Notes: generated by a model from the sequence alone, not told the origin. A DNA stretch of 64,000 nucleotides from Sphyrna mokarran (GCA_024679065.1 JAGIQG010000028.1:19716001-19780000), one strand, 5' to 3'; counted from the stretch's first letter, positions 25,531-37,460 are shown. Made by a program: numbers and translations.

Positions 25531-25914
25531 GTTAGTATCCCTCCTTTCTCTTTATCCTATTCTCTTTTACGTTTGTGTCTGTGTTTGCGGCATCTCACTA
25601 TTTAAAACGCAATAATCACTCACAATGTTGTCATTTGATCTGAAGACTCTTCAAAATAATACTGAAGCCAGGGCATATGTTTAAATCCATGAAATCATCT
25701 TAAGTCATCTCTCATCTTGCATGGATAGACCTCAAATTTCCCATCGATGTGGAAATATGAATAACTTGCTGGGCAATTGAATTCTATGACAATATCGCCA
25801 GATTGCATGTATTTGGTTTTTAAAGCTGTTAGTATTTTGGTTCTTTTATCTCTTGAGAGGTTATATTGGCAAGTGCTTTTAGGTAAATTAAGTAGGTGAG
25901 TTTATTCATCAACG

Positions 25915-26200
25915 GCAACTTGTATAACACCTTTAACATGATGAAATGTGCCATGGCATTTCACAGGATGGTGGTCAAACAAAATTTCACACTAAGCAGA
26001 TATTGAGCAAATGACCAAAAACCTGACCGAAGAGGTTGGTCTTAGTGGGTACCTTAAAGGAAGAAAGACGTAAGAGGTTGGGAAGGTTAGAGAGGGAATT
26101 CCGTAGTTTCGGGCCTTAGAAGATGGAAGACCCCAACAGTGGAGCAATTAACATTGGATCTGCGCAAAAGGCCAGATTAGAGATGTGCAGATAAAGTTTT
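25915..26200 (-). mobile_element. L2-like 3' fragment
   Basis: ccttaaaggaagaaagacg...agagggaattccgtagtttcgggcct; similar tracts at 5110-5410 and 59620-60100. Confidence 0.5.
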
Positions 26201-27520
26201 GCTTTTGATGTGAATTCAAAAGTGAAATCTTCATAACTTTGCACAGTGCCAGAATAAATGGAAGACCATGTAATGAGAGAGAACTCTATCAGATTCAGAA
26301 GGATTTTGACATTACAGTTAACTTAAGTTCGTAATGAGGGAGAGGACTTTAAATGTGGATAAGAATAAAATAAGAGAATAAGGATCCAAAGGGGGAAATT
26401 CTAAATGTAAGAGTGGGGCAGTGAGCTGATACAATTACAGTGACTCACTATATTAAACTGTCAGTACAGTCATTTGCTGCAGGAGTAGAAGGGTTTTGTA
26501 GAGAGATATTGATGTATATGGCATTAATTAGACTCCCATGTGAAATATTTGCGTTACCTGATCATCAGAATGCTTGTGTTGTCCTTTCAGCCATCAGGGA
26601 TGAATAACAAAGCTCATGTCCAGTTGATCTTGTTGAGATTTTGAAGATTGTGAATAGAACTGAATAATGTGGTACAGGGTCAGCATGGAAAACTTTCAGT
26701 GTGATAAAGGATTCAAGTACTATTTGAAGCAGTAATATAAATGGGGTTTGGGAACTTAGAAGGAATTGAAGGATATAGCATCAATGTGAATTATTGGACT
26801 TATCTTTCAGGCGTGGGTTTATAATTATTTTTGCTTTTGACTTTCATGCATCCATATCCCAATGTTGTCTGCTGGATTTCAAGTTTATAAAGCTTTGTCT
26901 GTAATCCTTCAGAACTGTTTCCATTCATTCAAAATCCATTTGCGTCCCTCCTTTGTCACTGTTGCAATTTTGTTTTACATTGGAAGTCATTGTCTGAAGC
27001 TCTGAATTATCCCTGACGGCTTAAGTTGTATAATGTTATGATAATATTCATTTAACTTTTCTAAGCGCTAATTTGCACTAATAATGTTCTTGTATACAGT
27101 TATGATTCTTTGTTCAAAAACAAAACTATTTATGACTTGTGCTTCATCTGCAAGCCAGCCTTTATTTTCCATAAGTTGAGTTTGAACTCAACAAAAATTT
27201 TCAACTGAAATGGCTTTTTAAATATGCTGTTAAGAAATGGTGTGCAGGCCCTTAGTTATCAGAAGTAAATTAACCATTTGAGTCTTGGACGAAAACATTT
27301 GTAATTCTGGTCTTAGGTATTGCATGTGTTCCAATTTTGGAGACGTTCTTCTTTCCATCTTCTGTGAGAGCAACCAAAGAATTGCATTATCCTAGAAATA
27401 TTACTTGTTGGTTTAGGAAGTATCAAAGCTCTTTTATGTGTATTTTATTAGCAAGAAACTCTCCTCCCTCTATCATTAATGAGTTCAGCAATTGAAAATC
27501 ATGTTTTCCTTTCTCTTTAG

Positions 27521-27584
27521 GCTGGTAGTGAGTTCAATGGAAGTGCTGGAAAGCTGCTTTGCTGTTGGATCCTCAACTGAAAAG
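27521..27584 (+). CDS. UBR4: UBR4 exon w13
   Basis: ctttag| (R)LVVSSMEVLESCFAVGSSTEK |gtaaac. Confidence 0.95.
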
Positions 27585-27812
27585 GTAAACTTATTTGCCT
27601 TTGGGATAGGGAGAAAGGGAGAGAAAGGGTTTGCACTTTTTACTTGCTTAGTAAGTAAAGAAGAAGGGCTGTTTGCTAGAAATTTCTTTTGATTTCTCAT
27701 TTTCCACTTGTTCTATTTGAGGATATGTAGAGAACGAGTTACTCAATGTAAAATCTGAGAACATATAAATTTACCTTTTAAATGTTTACTGACTATATCT
27801 GTTGTCTCACAG

Positions 27813-27947
27813 GAAAAGAATAAACAGACAGCATTGGAACTGGCCACCACGTTGCTGTCAATGCCAACTCCATCCACCGTTCAGCAGCAGACAAAGGGGC
27901 TGCTGGCGAGTCTGCACAGTAGCCGTGGCAGTTATCACAATCACAAG
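27813..27947 (+). CDS. UBR4: UBR4 exon w14
   Basis: tcacag| EKNKQTALELATTLLSMPTPSTVQQQTKGLLASLHSSRGSYHNHK |gtaagg. Confidence 0.95.
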
Positions 27948-28470
27948 GTAAGGTGTGTGCCTGATTGGTTCCACATAGTATGTGAAAAGCAATCTGTATT
28001 AATACTGGTGGTGTCTGCAAGGCTATGTATTTATTTATGGGGCTGAGAAGTGAAATTTCGCTGTTGCAGCTTCAGTGGTTTTGAAGAACACAAGCCAGAT
28101 ACTGGCTGGGCTGTAATATTTAATGCAGATGTACATTTACAGCATGCTCGGAGCAGTACCAGGCACACTAGGCTGGTCAGAAGCTGACTTACTTTCAGAT
28201 TGTTGATGGAATCAGCTAAGCTTTCATGCCAAAACCTGTTTTGGCTTTCTCATTTCATTCTTCAACTCAGCAAGAAAATACATGCCATCGTATAAAAGAA
28301 GATGCTGCAACAAGAGATACTTCATTCTGCATGTCTCTAGTGCTGTTTATAATACCAGAAAAGGATTGTGTGAAAGTATAGTAGGCATTCAACTGGTTTG
28401 TAATGTATGATTCACATAATTATACTATTGTCAGCAAGATGTGCTTAAATAGTTCTCTTTGTCTGATTAG

Positions 28471-28645
28471 GATCAAGCTCTGCTGAATAATGCTGTGCAG
28501 ATTCTGAATACTTGGAACAAGGATGGTCGTGACCTTGATCCAGAAGTATTCCAGCGGCTAATAATCACAGCACGTTCCATCGCAATGATGCGACCCAATA
28601 ACCTTGTGCACTTCACAGAGGTGAAAGCACCACAAACGGATAAAG
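28471..28645 (+). CDS. UBR4: UBR4 exon w15
   Basis: gattag| [58 protein letters not shown]+G |gtgagc. Confidence 0.95.
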
Positions 28646-28707
28646 GTGAGCAAATTCAGTAAATACTGGAAGTATTCCAACAGGCTGCCTTATCAATAAG
28701 AGAATGG

Positions 28708-29515
28708 ATGAACATAGAACAGTACAGGGCCTTTGGCCCTCGATGTTGTGCTGAGTTATGTCCAAACCCAAGATCAAGCTATCCACTCCCTATCATTCTG
28801 GTGTGCTCCATGTACCTATCCAGTAATCACTTGAAAGTTCCTAAAGTGTCTGACTCCACTATCGCAGCAGGTATCACAGAATGTACATCCCAATCACTCG
28901 CTGAGTAAAGAATCTACCTTGGACATCTCTCCTATATCTCCCATGATGAACCTTATAGTCATGCCCCCTAGTTACAGCTACATCCACCTGAAAAAATAGT
29001 CTCTGCACATCCACTGTATCTATCTCCCTCATCATCTTATAAACCTTTAAGTTGCCTCTCATCTTCCTCCACTCTAAAGAGAAAAGCCCCAACTCTCTCA
29101 ATCTTTCCTCATAAAACCTACCCTCCAAACCAAGCAGTATGCTGGTAAATCTCCTTTGTATGCTCTCCAAGTGCTTCCACATATTCCTTATATGTGTAAG
29201 GTGCGGTGACCAAAACTGCACACAGTATTCTAAATGTGGTCTCTTCAAGATCTGGTATAGTTGCAGCATAACCCCACAGTTTTTAAGCTCAAACCCCCTA
29301 TTAATAAATGCTATAGGCCTTCTTCACGACTCTATCCACTTGGGGTGGCAACCTTCAGGGATCTGTGGATATGAACCCCTAGATCTCTCTGTTCCTCCAT
29401 GTTCCTCAGAACCCTGCCGTTGAACCTATAATCCACATTCAAGTTTGTCCTACCAAAATGAATCACCTTGCACTTATCAGGGTTAAACTCCATCTGCCAC
29501 TTTTCTGCCCAGCAG
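28708..29515 (-). mobile_element. CR1 3' fragment
   Basis: ORF 28874-29269 RPHLEYCVQFWSPH...GRFFTQRV; tail aacatagaacagtacag. Confidence 0.9.
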
Positions 29516-29799
29516 AAAAGCTAGTGTTTTGAGTATAGGCACTGCATCAGGATTCGAAACAGGAAGCGAATAAAACAAGATAGTATTGTAGAAGAGGAAA
29601 GACAGAAGCAGATGTCAAAAACCAGAGGTGTTAAATGTCCAGCCAAATTGGTTTTGAAAAGGTGACGAGACCAAAAGCTAATGGGTCATATTCAGTCATT
29701 ATTCCAGTATTTGAGCGAAAAGATAGAGGACAAAATGGTAAGAACTTAACGAGAGAAGGGAAAAGTTTCTGAACTGAACATGTGCACGTATCCAGACCG

Positions 29800-30570
29800 A
29801 TATTCTGTTAGGTCTCAGCTGATTTATAATTCAACTCATTTACCCATCTTTGATCCATATCTTTTGATATCCTTGCAGAATAAAATCTGGCTAACTTAGT
29901 TTTGAAAATTTTAACAGGCCCAACATCCAGAGGCTTTGGGTTGTGAGTTTCAGACTTTTATTACTCCTTGTACGGGAGAGAGGTGCGGAAACCACTGATT
30001 TCACTCCAGAGTGCCTAGATGTAGTCTGAATACCTTAATTAGATATCTACTTAATTGTCTAAACGTAAGGGACTATTAACCAGGTTTTTGTAACATTTCG
30101 TCATATTTAACCCATCAAGACCTGGTACCGTTCTGGTAAATCTGTATCCAACCCAAGGCCAGTAAATCTTTGCTGAGGTTAGCAGCCCAAAGCAGGCACA
30201 ACTGAAGTATTCCAGCGGCTAATAATCACAGCACGTTCCATTGCAATGATGCGACCCAATAACCTTGTGCACTTCACAGAGGTGAAAGCACCACAAACGG
30301 GTAAAGGTGAGCAAATTCAGAAAATACTGGAAGTATTCCAACAGGCTGCTGTATCAATAAGAGAATGGATGAACATAGAACAGTACAGGGCCTTTGGCCC
30401 TCGATGTTGTGCTGAGTTATGTCCAAACCCAAGATCAAGCTATCCACTCCCTGAAGTACAACTGAAGTATTGCTGCCTGCAGCCCCCTGAAGTAAAAACC
30501 CAACATTTCAGCAGATTTGTTGATTCCCTTTTTATGCCCTGCACTAGCTTTTTGGTGAAATTCTCATGAA
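29800..30570 (-). mobile_element. Old CR1 fragment interrupted by an exon-derived insertion
   Basis: cctggtaccgttctggtaaatctg...gcccaaagcaggcacaac...ccccctgaagtaaaaacccaacattt is collinear with the CR1 3' region across the insert. Confidence 0.55.
30204..30452 (+). repeat. 249-bp local duplication of 28543-28791 (exon w15 3' part, donor and CR1 tail)
   Basis: Direct alignment with about 5 substitutions; flanked by the 14-bp direct repeat ACAACTGAAGTATT (30198-30211, 30458-30471). Confidence 0.95.
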
Positions 30571-31674
30571 CAGATTGCAGGAAGTACATAAGTTAATGTT
30601 TGTTAGGGAGGAAATGTTTTGGGCTTTGAACAGTGCTGTAGGAAGAGGTTAAGGAATAGATGTTCTCTGTCTTACTATTGCAATGACCATTGGGCTGGGA
30701 GTATGACCAAGTTTCCTTGAAGGGTAAACTATCTGGACAGGAGAATAAAAATGTGTTATTATGGGACTGTTACAGTTAATGGAGATGGTAGGAAGTGATG
30801 TAATGAGTGTAAAGGAGGTGAAGGTAAGAGGATGCCATAGTACAATAAATAATATGCTTAATCCTAGATTGTCATTGTCTTGTGTTAGCCAGTCTCACCA
30901 AATGCATGCAGATTTTGTATGTCTCTATTCCACTGTGGACCACTTACAATAGGACAGTAATGCTTTGTTCATGTCTGCTCTGCCCAAAGGCTGCCTGCTG
31001 ATGTTTTTTTTGACAGTTTTTGTCAGTGATGGTTTGTGAATACCTTCCACTTATAGGGACAGGTTAAGGAGACAGATCCTCAGTCTGCTGAAACAGGAAT
31101 TAAATCTGTATTGTTGATACTATTCTGAGCCACATTCCAGCCAATTAGCCAATTGAGCTGACAGATAATCAGGATATTTCAGCAAAATCCAGACACTTGA
31201 ATAAGCTACATGTACTATTCACCAGCTCAAATTGTTATCTTGGTTCCAGTAAAACTATATTCAAAATGAATGTTTGCCACTCATCCAGCAGCATCTGTTA
31301 ACCATTCTGAATCCACAGTAGCAAGATTGCTTAATGCTGACTGTTGGTAATGAATTTTTAATCTTTACAATGATGTAATAACTGCTACTGGGTGGCTGAA
31401 TAATCTGCCAAGACTGAAGTCTGGTCTTGTGTGTAGGTTAAACAAAAACAGATTTGATAAATCACTTTCAGCAAAGAAGTGTTCCTTATATTGACTGAAG
31501 GTTATTATGCATGGGGAGTTAAATAATCAGCATTGTGCAGTCAAGACCTGTTAGAGCATTACATCTTGTTGGAGTGCTGGGCAGTTAATCTGAGTACTTG
31601 TATGTTAATATTAGTGCAGATCAAGACAAATGACAGGGTATCATGTGAACATTTTCAACCAATAGCTGAATACA

Positions 31675-32135
31675 ATTCACAGTGGTTATGTTGTTGGACT
31701 TGTGATGCCAGAAGCCCGGACTAATAATCTAGAGACATGAGTTCACGTTCCACCATATTATTCTGTAATTTGAACTGTTTTTAAAAAATCTTAAAAGGCT
31801 AATATCAGTTTTGGTAACCATGAAGCTACTGGATTGATGTAAATATTCAACTGGTTCACAAATGCTGACCTTTATGTGGCTCCAAAGCAAGTGGATAAAA
31901 CTTAACTCCCCTCTGAAATGATCTAACAAGCCATTCTGTTGTAGCATACAGCTACAAAGAAGTATGATAAAACATAAATTGTCTACCTGACAGCACTTTG
32001 GGAGCACATTCACTACAACAACTTCAGCGATTCAAGAATGCAGCTCACCACCGCTTTCTCAAGGGCAATAGAGCTGCACAATAAATGTTGGCTTTGTTAG
32101 TTATGGCCACAACCTTTGAAGAAGTAACAAAAATA
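31675..32135 (+). mobile_element. tRNA-derived SINE, longer variant of the SlmI-like family
   Basis: gagttcacgttccacc box B; tggtaaccatgaagct; tail gcagctcaccaccgctttctcaagggcaatagagctgcacaataaatg. Confidence 0.65.
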
Positions 32136-32218
32136 GGGTGAGGCAGATACTCTGGAGTACCTGATTTAAAAAGTGTTGTATTCTACCTAAAGCCAATTAT
32201 CCTTTATCCTTCCTTTAG

Positions 32219-32359
32219 AAGGAGCAGATGAAAGAGATCAAACCCACAGGAATGCAGAAGTCGAAGGCTGCAGTTTTATTATGCAATTAGTCACTCATTT
32301 CTGGAGGCTCCACGCATCCAAACCTAAGAATGCATTCCTGGCTCCTGCCTGCCTGCCTG
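32219..32359 (+). CDS. UBR4: UBR4 exon w16
   Basis: ctttag| [47 protein letters not shown]+G |gtaaga; NAGNAG acceptor (tag/aag). Confidence 0.94.
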
Positions 32360-32873
32360 GTAAGATGAACAATTAACAGAATGACTGCATGTTTATTTAG
32401 TGCATCAGTAAAGTAACAGACACTAGAATTTGGACAAAATGTAATGAAGTAAGATCCTAGCTTCCAATCAAATATAAGTTTTAAAACTGGAGCCAGAATT
32501 CGAACTGAACGTAGTTATCTATGCTGTTTTTGTAAAGCAATATAAATGTTTTACATTGTCTAAATGATAAGAAAATTATTTGATTGTTTTAATTTGTAAG
32601 TAGTGACGTAAAGATGTCAAATATTTTCTCAGGAAAACAAATACTGTGATTAGCATTTTTACAGTGTGAGTGCTGAGTGTTAGCAACATAGAGAAGTAAC
32701 TTTCAAATACCTACAAAAACAAAATATTCTAAGGAATATCATAAAGCAATATTTTTCAATAAGTATCTATTCTGTATCTCACTGCTTCATCTGCTGATGA
32801 TTTTTAAAAAAGGTTTAGTTGAAGAAAATATCCTTCAGTAATGTTTTTGTTGGATCTTCAATCTTCTCTACAG

Positions 32874-32995
32874 GACTGACTCACATTGAGGCAACAGTGA
32901 ATGCACTAATTGACATTATTCATGGATATTGTACCTGTGAGTTGGACTACATTAACGCTGCTGCAAAAGTTTATATGCAGATGCTTCTATGTCCT
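32874..32995 (+). CDS. UBR4: UBR4 exon w17
   Basis: ctacag| [41 protein letters not shown] |gtaagt. Confidence 0.96.
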
Positions 32996-33250
32996 GTAAG
33001 TCCCTCTGTTTTAACAGAAGATTTTTTTTTACTGTGATCAATGTTATAACTACATTTTGTGACCAGTGAGCAACATTTTTAATAGTTAAGCAATGAGAGT
33101 CAGTGTGCGTATATACACTAGTGTTACGCAATTGTGAAATGGTTTTTATATTGGTGCTAGTTCCCTTTGTGAAGAGGTAGTATCTGTGTCTTCACTTGGC
33201 ACTCACTAGTGTGTTTGGATCTCAATAATTCTGAATTGTTTTTTCCTCAG

Positions 33251-33362
33251 GACCAGTCAGTGAGTTTTGCCTGTAAACAGGCACTAATTCGTGTATTGAG
33301 ACCACGGAGCAAGCGTAGACATGTAACACTGCCATCTCCTCCTCGCAGCAACACCCCAATGG
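33251..33362 (+). CDS. UBR4: UBR4 exon w18
   Basis: cctcag| [37 protein letters not shown]+G |gtaagg. Confidence 0.96.
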
Positions 33363-33784
33363 GTAAGGAATGAGAGATCTGAACAATGTTCAGCAAAATG
33401 CAGTGATGCATTATATTTTGAAATGTCTGTTTACAAATACTGTTAATGTTCACAAAAACAATGGATATACTGATTCCCTTTTACAAGCTTTGAAATCTGT
33501 ACAAAGTTGTACTGTTTAAAGGACAAAAATTACACCTTTTTGTGATAATTAAAAATGTATTTTTCATCTTCTGTCTTCCCTGCCTGAATAAAGGCAGTAG
33601 AGAACTATGCTTACAGTTCATCATTACATAAAACTGAATCGATCGCTGTTAGGAGTGGGAATTCTAATGCGTTGTGTATATGTTGTATCAGGTTTTCCTG
33701 TTTGCATGATTTTGCATTGAAGTGTAAGTGTTACTTGAACTCAAGCCCATACTGATTCCAAATCAGTAACCACAGAACATTAAA

Positions 33785-33967
33785 CAAAAAAAGAAAATGT
33801 TGGAAAATCTCAGCAGGTCTGGCAACATCTGTAAGGAGAGAAAAGAGTTGACATTTCAAGCCCAGATGACTCTCTGTCAAACTTTGATGCTGCCAGGCCT
33901 GCTGAGATTTTCCAGCATTTTCTCACTTGGTTTCAAATTCCAGCATGCGCAGTAATTTGCTTTCATC
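33785..33967. mobile_element. Penelope-type palindromic non-autonomous element (second family)
   Basis: 38-bp inverted repeats 33792-33829 / 33886-33923 (agaaaatgttggaaaatctcagcaggtctggcaacatc); relatives near 13270-13410, 34945-35020, 60285-60390. Confidence 0.7.
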
Positions 33968-34043
33968 CAGTTTTTTATCCCAGAATGTTAGTTTGCAGTA
34001 CAAATGATTTTAGTTTAAAGATCTATCGCCATTTGTTTCTCAG

Positions 34044-34174
34044 GTGATAAAGATGATGATGATGATGATGATGCTGAGGATAAAATGCAACCATCGGGAA
34101 TGGCAGGCAATGAAAATATCCGTCAAGAGAGTCAGGAACAAAGTGAAGTGGATCATGGAGACTTTGAGATGGTG
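34044..34174 (+). CDS. UBR4: UBR4 exon w19 (poly-Asp, (GAT)7 at 34052-34072)
   Basis: tctcag| GDKDDDDDDDAEDKMQPSGMAGNENIRQESQEQSEVDHGDFEMV |gtaagc. Confidence 0.95.
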
Positions 34175-34520
34175 GTAAGCACTTTGTAAAAATCAGTGTC
34201 TTGTTCACTGATTAAAAGATGAGAAGAAAAGGATAGATGTAGTTAGAGTTAATTCATAGAAACGTTTCATTGAATAGGGATTGAACGGGGATGGGGGAAG
34301 CTAAAATCATTTTACCATATCACACCGGTAATATCGTCATCATAATACATGTTACTGCAGTTCCTAGGTAGTGAAACTGAAGGTGGTGAGTTAAGTAGCC
34401 AAACTGTAAAATGTATTGATTAGTTTTGAACAGCAGCAGTTTTAGTAAAGTTTGCATTTGTAAATCTCCTGCTGTTTTTTTTTTTATCTGTTTATGACAC
34501 CATTTTCCCTTCTTTCCCAG

Positions 34521-34698
34521 TCGGAATCAATGGTTTTGGAGTCGGCTGAAAATGTAACAAATGGAAACCCTTCTCCTCTGGAGGCACTGTTGGCTGGAGC
34601 AGAGGGTTTCCCACCAATGTTGGACATTCCTCCAGATGCAGATGATGAGACGATGGTGGAACTGGCCATAGCCCTTAGCCTGCAGCAAGATCAGCAAG
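34521..34698 (+). CDS. UBR4: UBR4 exon w20 (UIM-like DDETMVELAIALSLQ)
   Basis: tcccag| SESMVLESAENVTNGNPSPLEALLAGAEGFPPMLDIPPDADDETMVELAIALSLQQDQQ+G |gtactg. Confidence 0.96.
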
Positions 34699-35356
34699 GT
34701 ACTGTACAATGTTTCTGATTCACCCAGATCTGCAGCATTATGAATTAGGGAGCATTAGGAAACTTGGGATCTGCACAGACAATTTTGACTGACTTGCAAA
34801 AAAACTGAAGAGAATGAAGAAAGATTCTGAAAATCCTTTTCTTTAGTAGTTTTTACAAAAAAAAATTCCAAGTGTTAGAAGCTAAAACAAGAAAAATGAG
34901 AAAAACTCCCTCAGCTCATCTATCTTGGTTAAAACCTGGATTTAGACTGGAAATACACAGAAGGCCTGTAAGAGAGAACAGATAGGTTAATGTTTCAGTG
35001 GTGACACTTTGTCAGAGTCAGGCAGCTCAGATTCAGCACGTGTCATTCGGGATTGTTACTTTGACTTAGTTTAAGAGTCAAAGTTACTTTGACAAGACTG
35101 AACTTGTAGTTTTGGTGAATTTGAAACCTATGAAATCATGACTTCACTGACTAGGTACAGCTAGTCTGGATTTTAGAGATGCTGTTCCAGCTATGTAATT
35201 GAATATTTTGTTGATTTTTGAAACATATTCTGGATTCTGTAAAGCAGGCAATGTGATTCTGCTGAAGTAAACACAAGCTCAGCAACTTGTTATTCTGTCT
35301 GCTGATTGAATGCAGGAGTCCTGAATCAGATTTCTGTTGATTTTTATCTTTAATAG

Positions 35357-35461
35357 GTAGTAGCAGCAGTGCGCTGGGTTTACAGAGCCTCGGACTATCT
35401 GGACAGGCACCCAGCTCCTCCTCATTGGATGCAGGAACGCTGTCTGATACCACAGCCTCAG
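35357..35461 (+). CDS. UBR4: UBR4 exon w21 (symmetric 105 nt, Ser-rich)
   Basis: taatag| GSSSSALGLQSLGLSGQAPSSSSLDAGTLSDTTAS+G |gtaact. Confidence 0.94.
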
Positions 35462-36344
35462 GTAACTATAATGGCTAAATCTGGTTTGGGTCTTTAGAAA
35501 GAAAATGTTTGTCTGATTGGCTCTTCATGGTATCAGTTGTTGTTGGATAGTGTTGATGATTCAGGGTGGGCATTTTAAGCTGGGTCTGTGGTGCCGTGGA
35601 GTTGTTGTTACAAACTGTATTGGGAATTAAATAAAATGAAGTTATAGTTGCAATTCAATACAGTTAAAGATATTGGGTGGAATTTTTCTGTGCTCCCCCT
35701 AAAATTGGAAAATTCTGCCTGAGGTCAACAGACCTTTTCATGGTCCATTCCCCGCCCACTACAATTCCTGGGAAGACTCCCCCATTGTGTTAATACCCTT
35801 TAGTCAGGGATATTGGATGTCAGCTCAGATAGCTGAGCATTGACTCTAATAAGAATTTTTAAGGTAAGCCATGGAGTCTTCACTTTAACTGCTTGTTTCA
35901 GCTAGCTCTTGAGTCAAAACAACATTTTCTATGTCTGTATGTGTAAAAGATGAAGTTCTAACAGTTTTCAATTTGGTCAGTGAAGATAAATTGTTCCCAA
36001 TTGATTTGCCACACTTGAATTAAATTTCATGAATTAGAATATTAATAGGTTGTAGATAACTCCATAGCTCAGATGATTGCATCTTCCTTTTGGCTCGAAG
36101 GTGATAATGTAGCATTAATAACCTACAGATGGAGACAGATACGGAAAGTGATAAAGAATCAGCCATGGAGAAATTAAAATTCTGACTTTACTATTTGGAC
36201 CCCTGCTTCATGAGAGGTGTTAAATAAACGTTGAATAAAATGAGAACCAAGCATTTAAACTAAACACAGTTGAATAATTATAGCTAGAATTGTTTTGCAA
36301 GTTGCAAAGTCATGTTTTTTTTTGGAGCGGGAGTGCCTTAACAA

Positions 36345-36770
36345 AATAATATGAATCTACACACAAGGAAACGTGCCATTTGCCCACCATAAGCAAATGT
36401 GAGTCTTGCATTTTGTCACCTTGCTCTTGTTTCCTGTCAACTCTTTTTAACCTATTTCTCCAGTCTAATCCTAAATGTCACAGTTGCTGCCTCAGCCAAA
36501 ACCCCACATGAAAATGTTTATCCTGCTGTCTGTTCAAAATGTCTTACGTTGTGGCTCCTCATTTTTATGAAATCAAATTAAATTTGTATAGGCTCCCTGC
36601 TACCTCATGACTTGTATAATGCACCTCTTGTGATAAAGCCGGGAATTTCATTAACTTCTTTTAAGGCTTATTCTACCTGAAGTGCAATCTTTAATTACCT
36701 GCAAACCTCTACCTCTCCTGCAAATTCCTCTGTTCTTCCACAAAATCTAGCCTGCATCTATACCTTACAG
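36345..36770 (-). mobile_element. Old CR1 fragment
   Basis: gaatctacacacaaggaaacgtgccatttgcccacc-type tail and a decayed RT C-terminus. Confidence 0.45.
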
Positions 36771-37322
36771 TATAGTCACTTGATGTTAATTATATAGTTA
36801 CAATCCCCAATAAATGAAATAGGCGGTTTTTGAAAACTAATCTGTTTTAATGAGGACTGAGTTTAAATCACTACTATGCTCACTGTGTAAATGGTTTGTA
36901 ATAGAGAGAGCTGAATGGAAATTAAATGCTTAAATGTGCTGAACAGCCTGTCTGTGTGACAAAGGGAAAAGTCAGTTTCGCAGAAAAATTAAAGAATTTC
37001 TTGGTCACCAAGCAAAACTCTCTGTTCCCAAGTTCCTTTTGCTTTTTCAGCAGTCATTAAATATATGTTCAAGTGTTGAAGAATAAAGCTTTCTTCTGTC
37101 TGTGGGTCTCATGTCTACGGGAGAAACTTTTTGTTATTTTATCGGCTGCTAGAAATTTTCTGTACCTATAATATCCTGCTTAATTGTTGCGATATTGAAA
37201 AGCTGCTGAAGGCTGTGCCAAGCCCATGGTCTGCAGCTATGTTTGTCTCAAACGTCTGTGCTTGTGCTCACGGTTTGTAAATATGGTGTTTTTACCTGTA
37301 ACAGCCGTTGCTATGCTTTTAG

Positions 37323-37460
37323 CTCCAGCCTCTGATGATGAAGGGAGCACAGCGGCAACAGATGGATCAACGCTGCGAACATCACCTGCAGAGCATGGTG
37401 GCAGTGTGGGGTCAGAGAGTGGGGGCAGTGCTGTTGACTCAGTTGCTGGAGAACACAGCG
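37323..37460 (+). CDS. UBR4: UBR4 exon w22
   Basis: ttttag| [46 protein letters not shown]+G |gtaagc. Confidence 0.94.

Noticed and set aside
25535-25542. GTATCCCT resembling a U12-type 5' splice site beside the microexon
   Set aside because: One mismatch to GTATCCTT, its use would frameshift, and no U12 branch point is evident at the next acceptor.
30246-30569. 107-aa ORF starting [12 protein letters not shown], resembling a UBR4 paralogue
   Set aside because: Explained by the 249-bp local duplication reading through into intron and CR1 sequence; not a separate gene.
31540-31640. Possible cassette exon between w15 and w16
   Set aside because: Candidate acceptors give a stop or a phase mismatch with the flanking exons and no convincing UBR4-like peptide.
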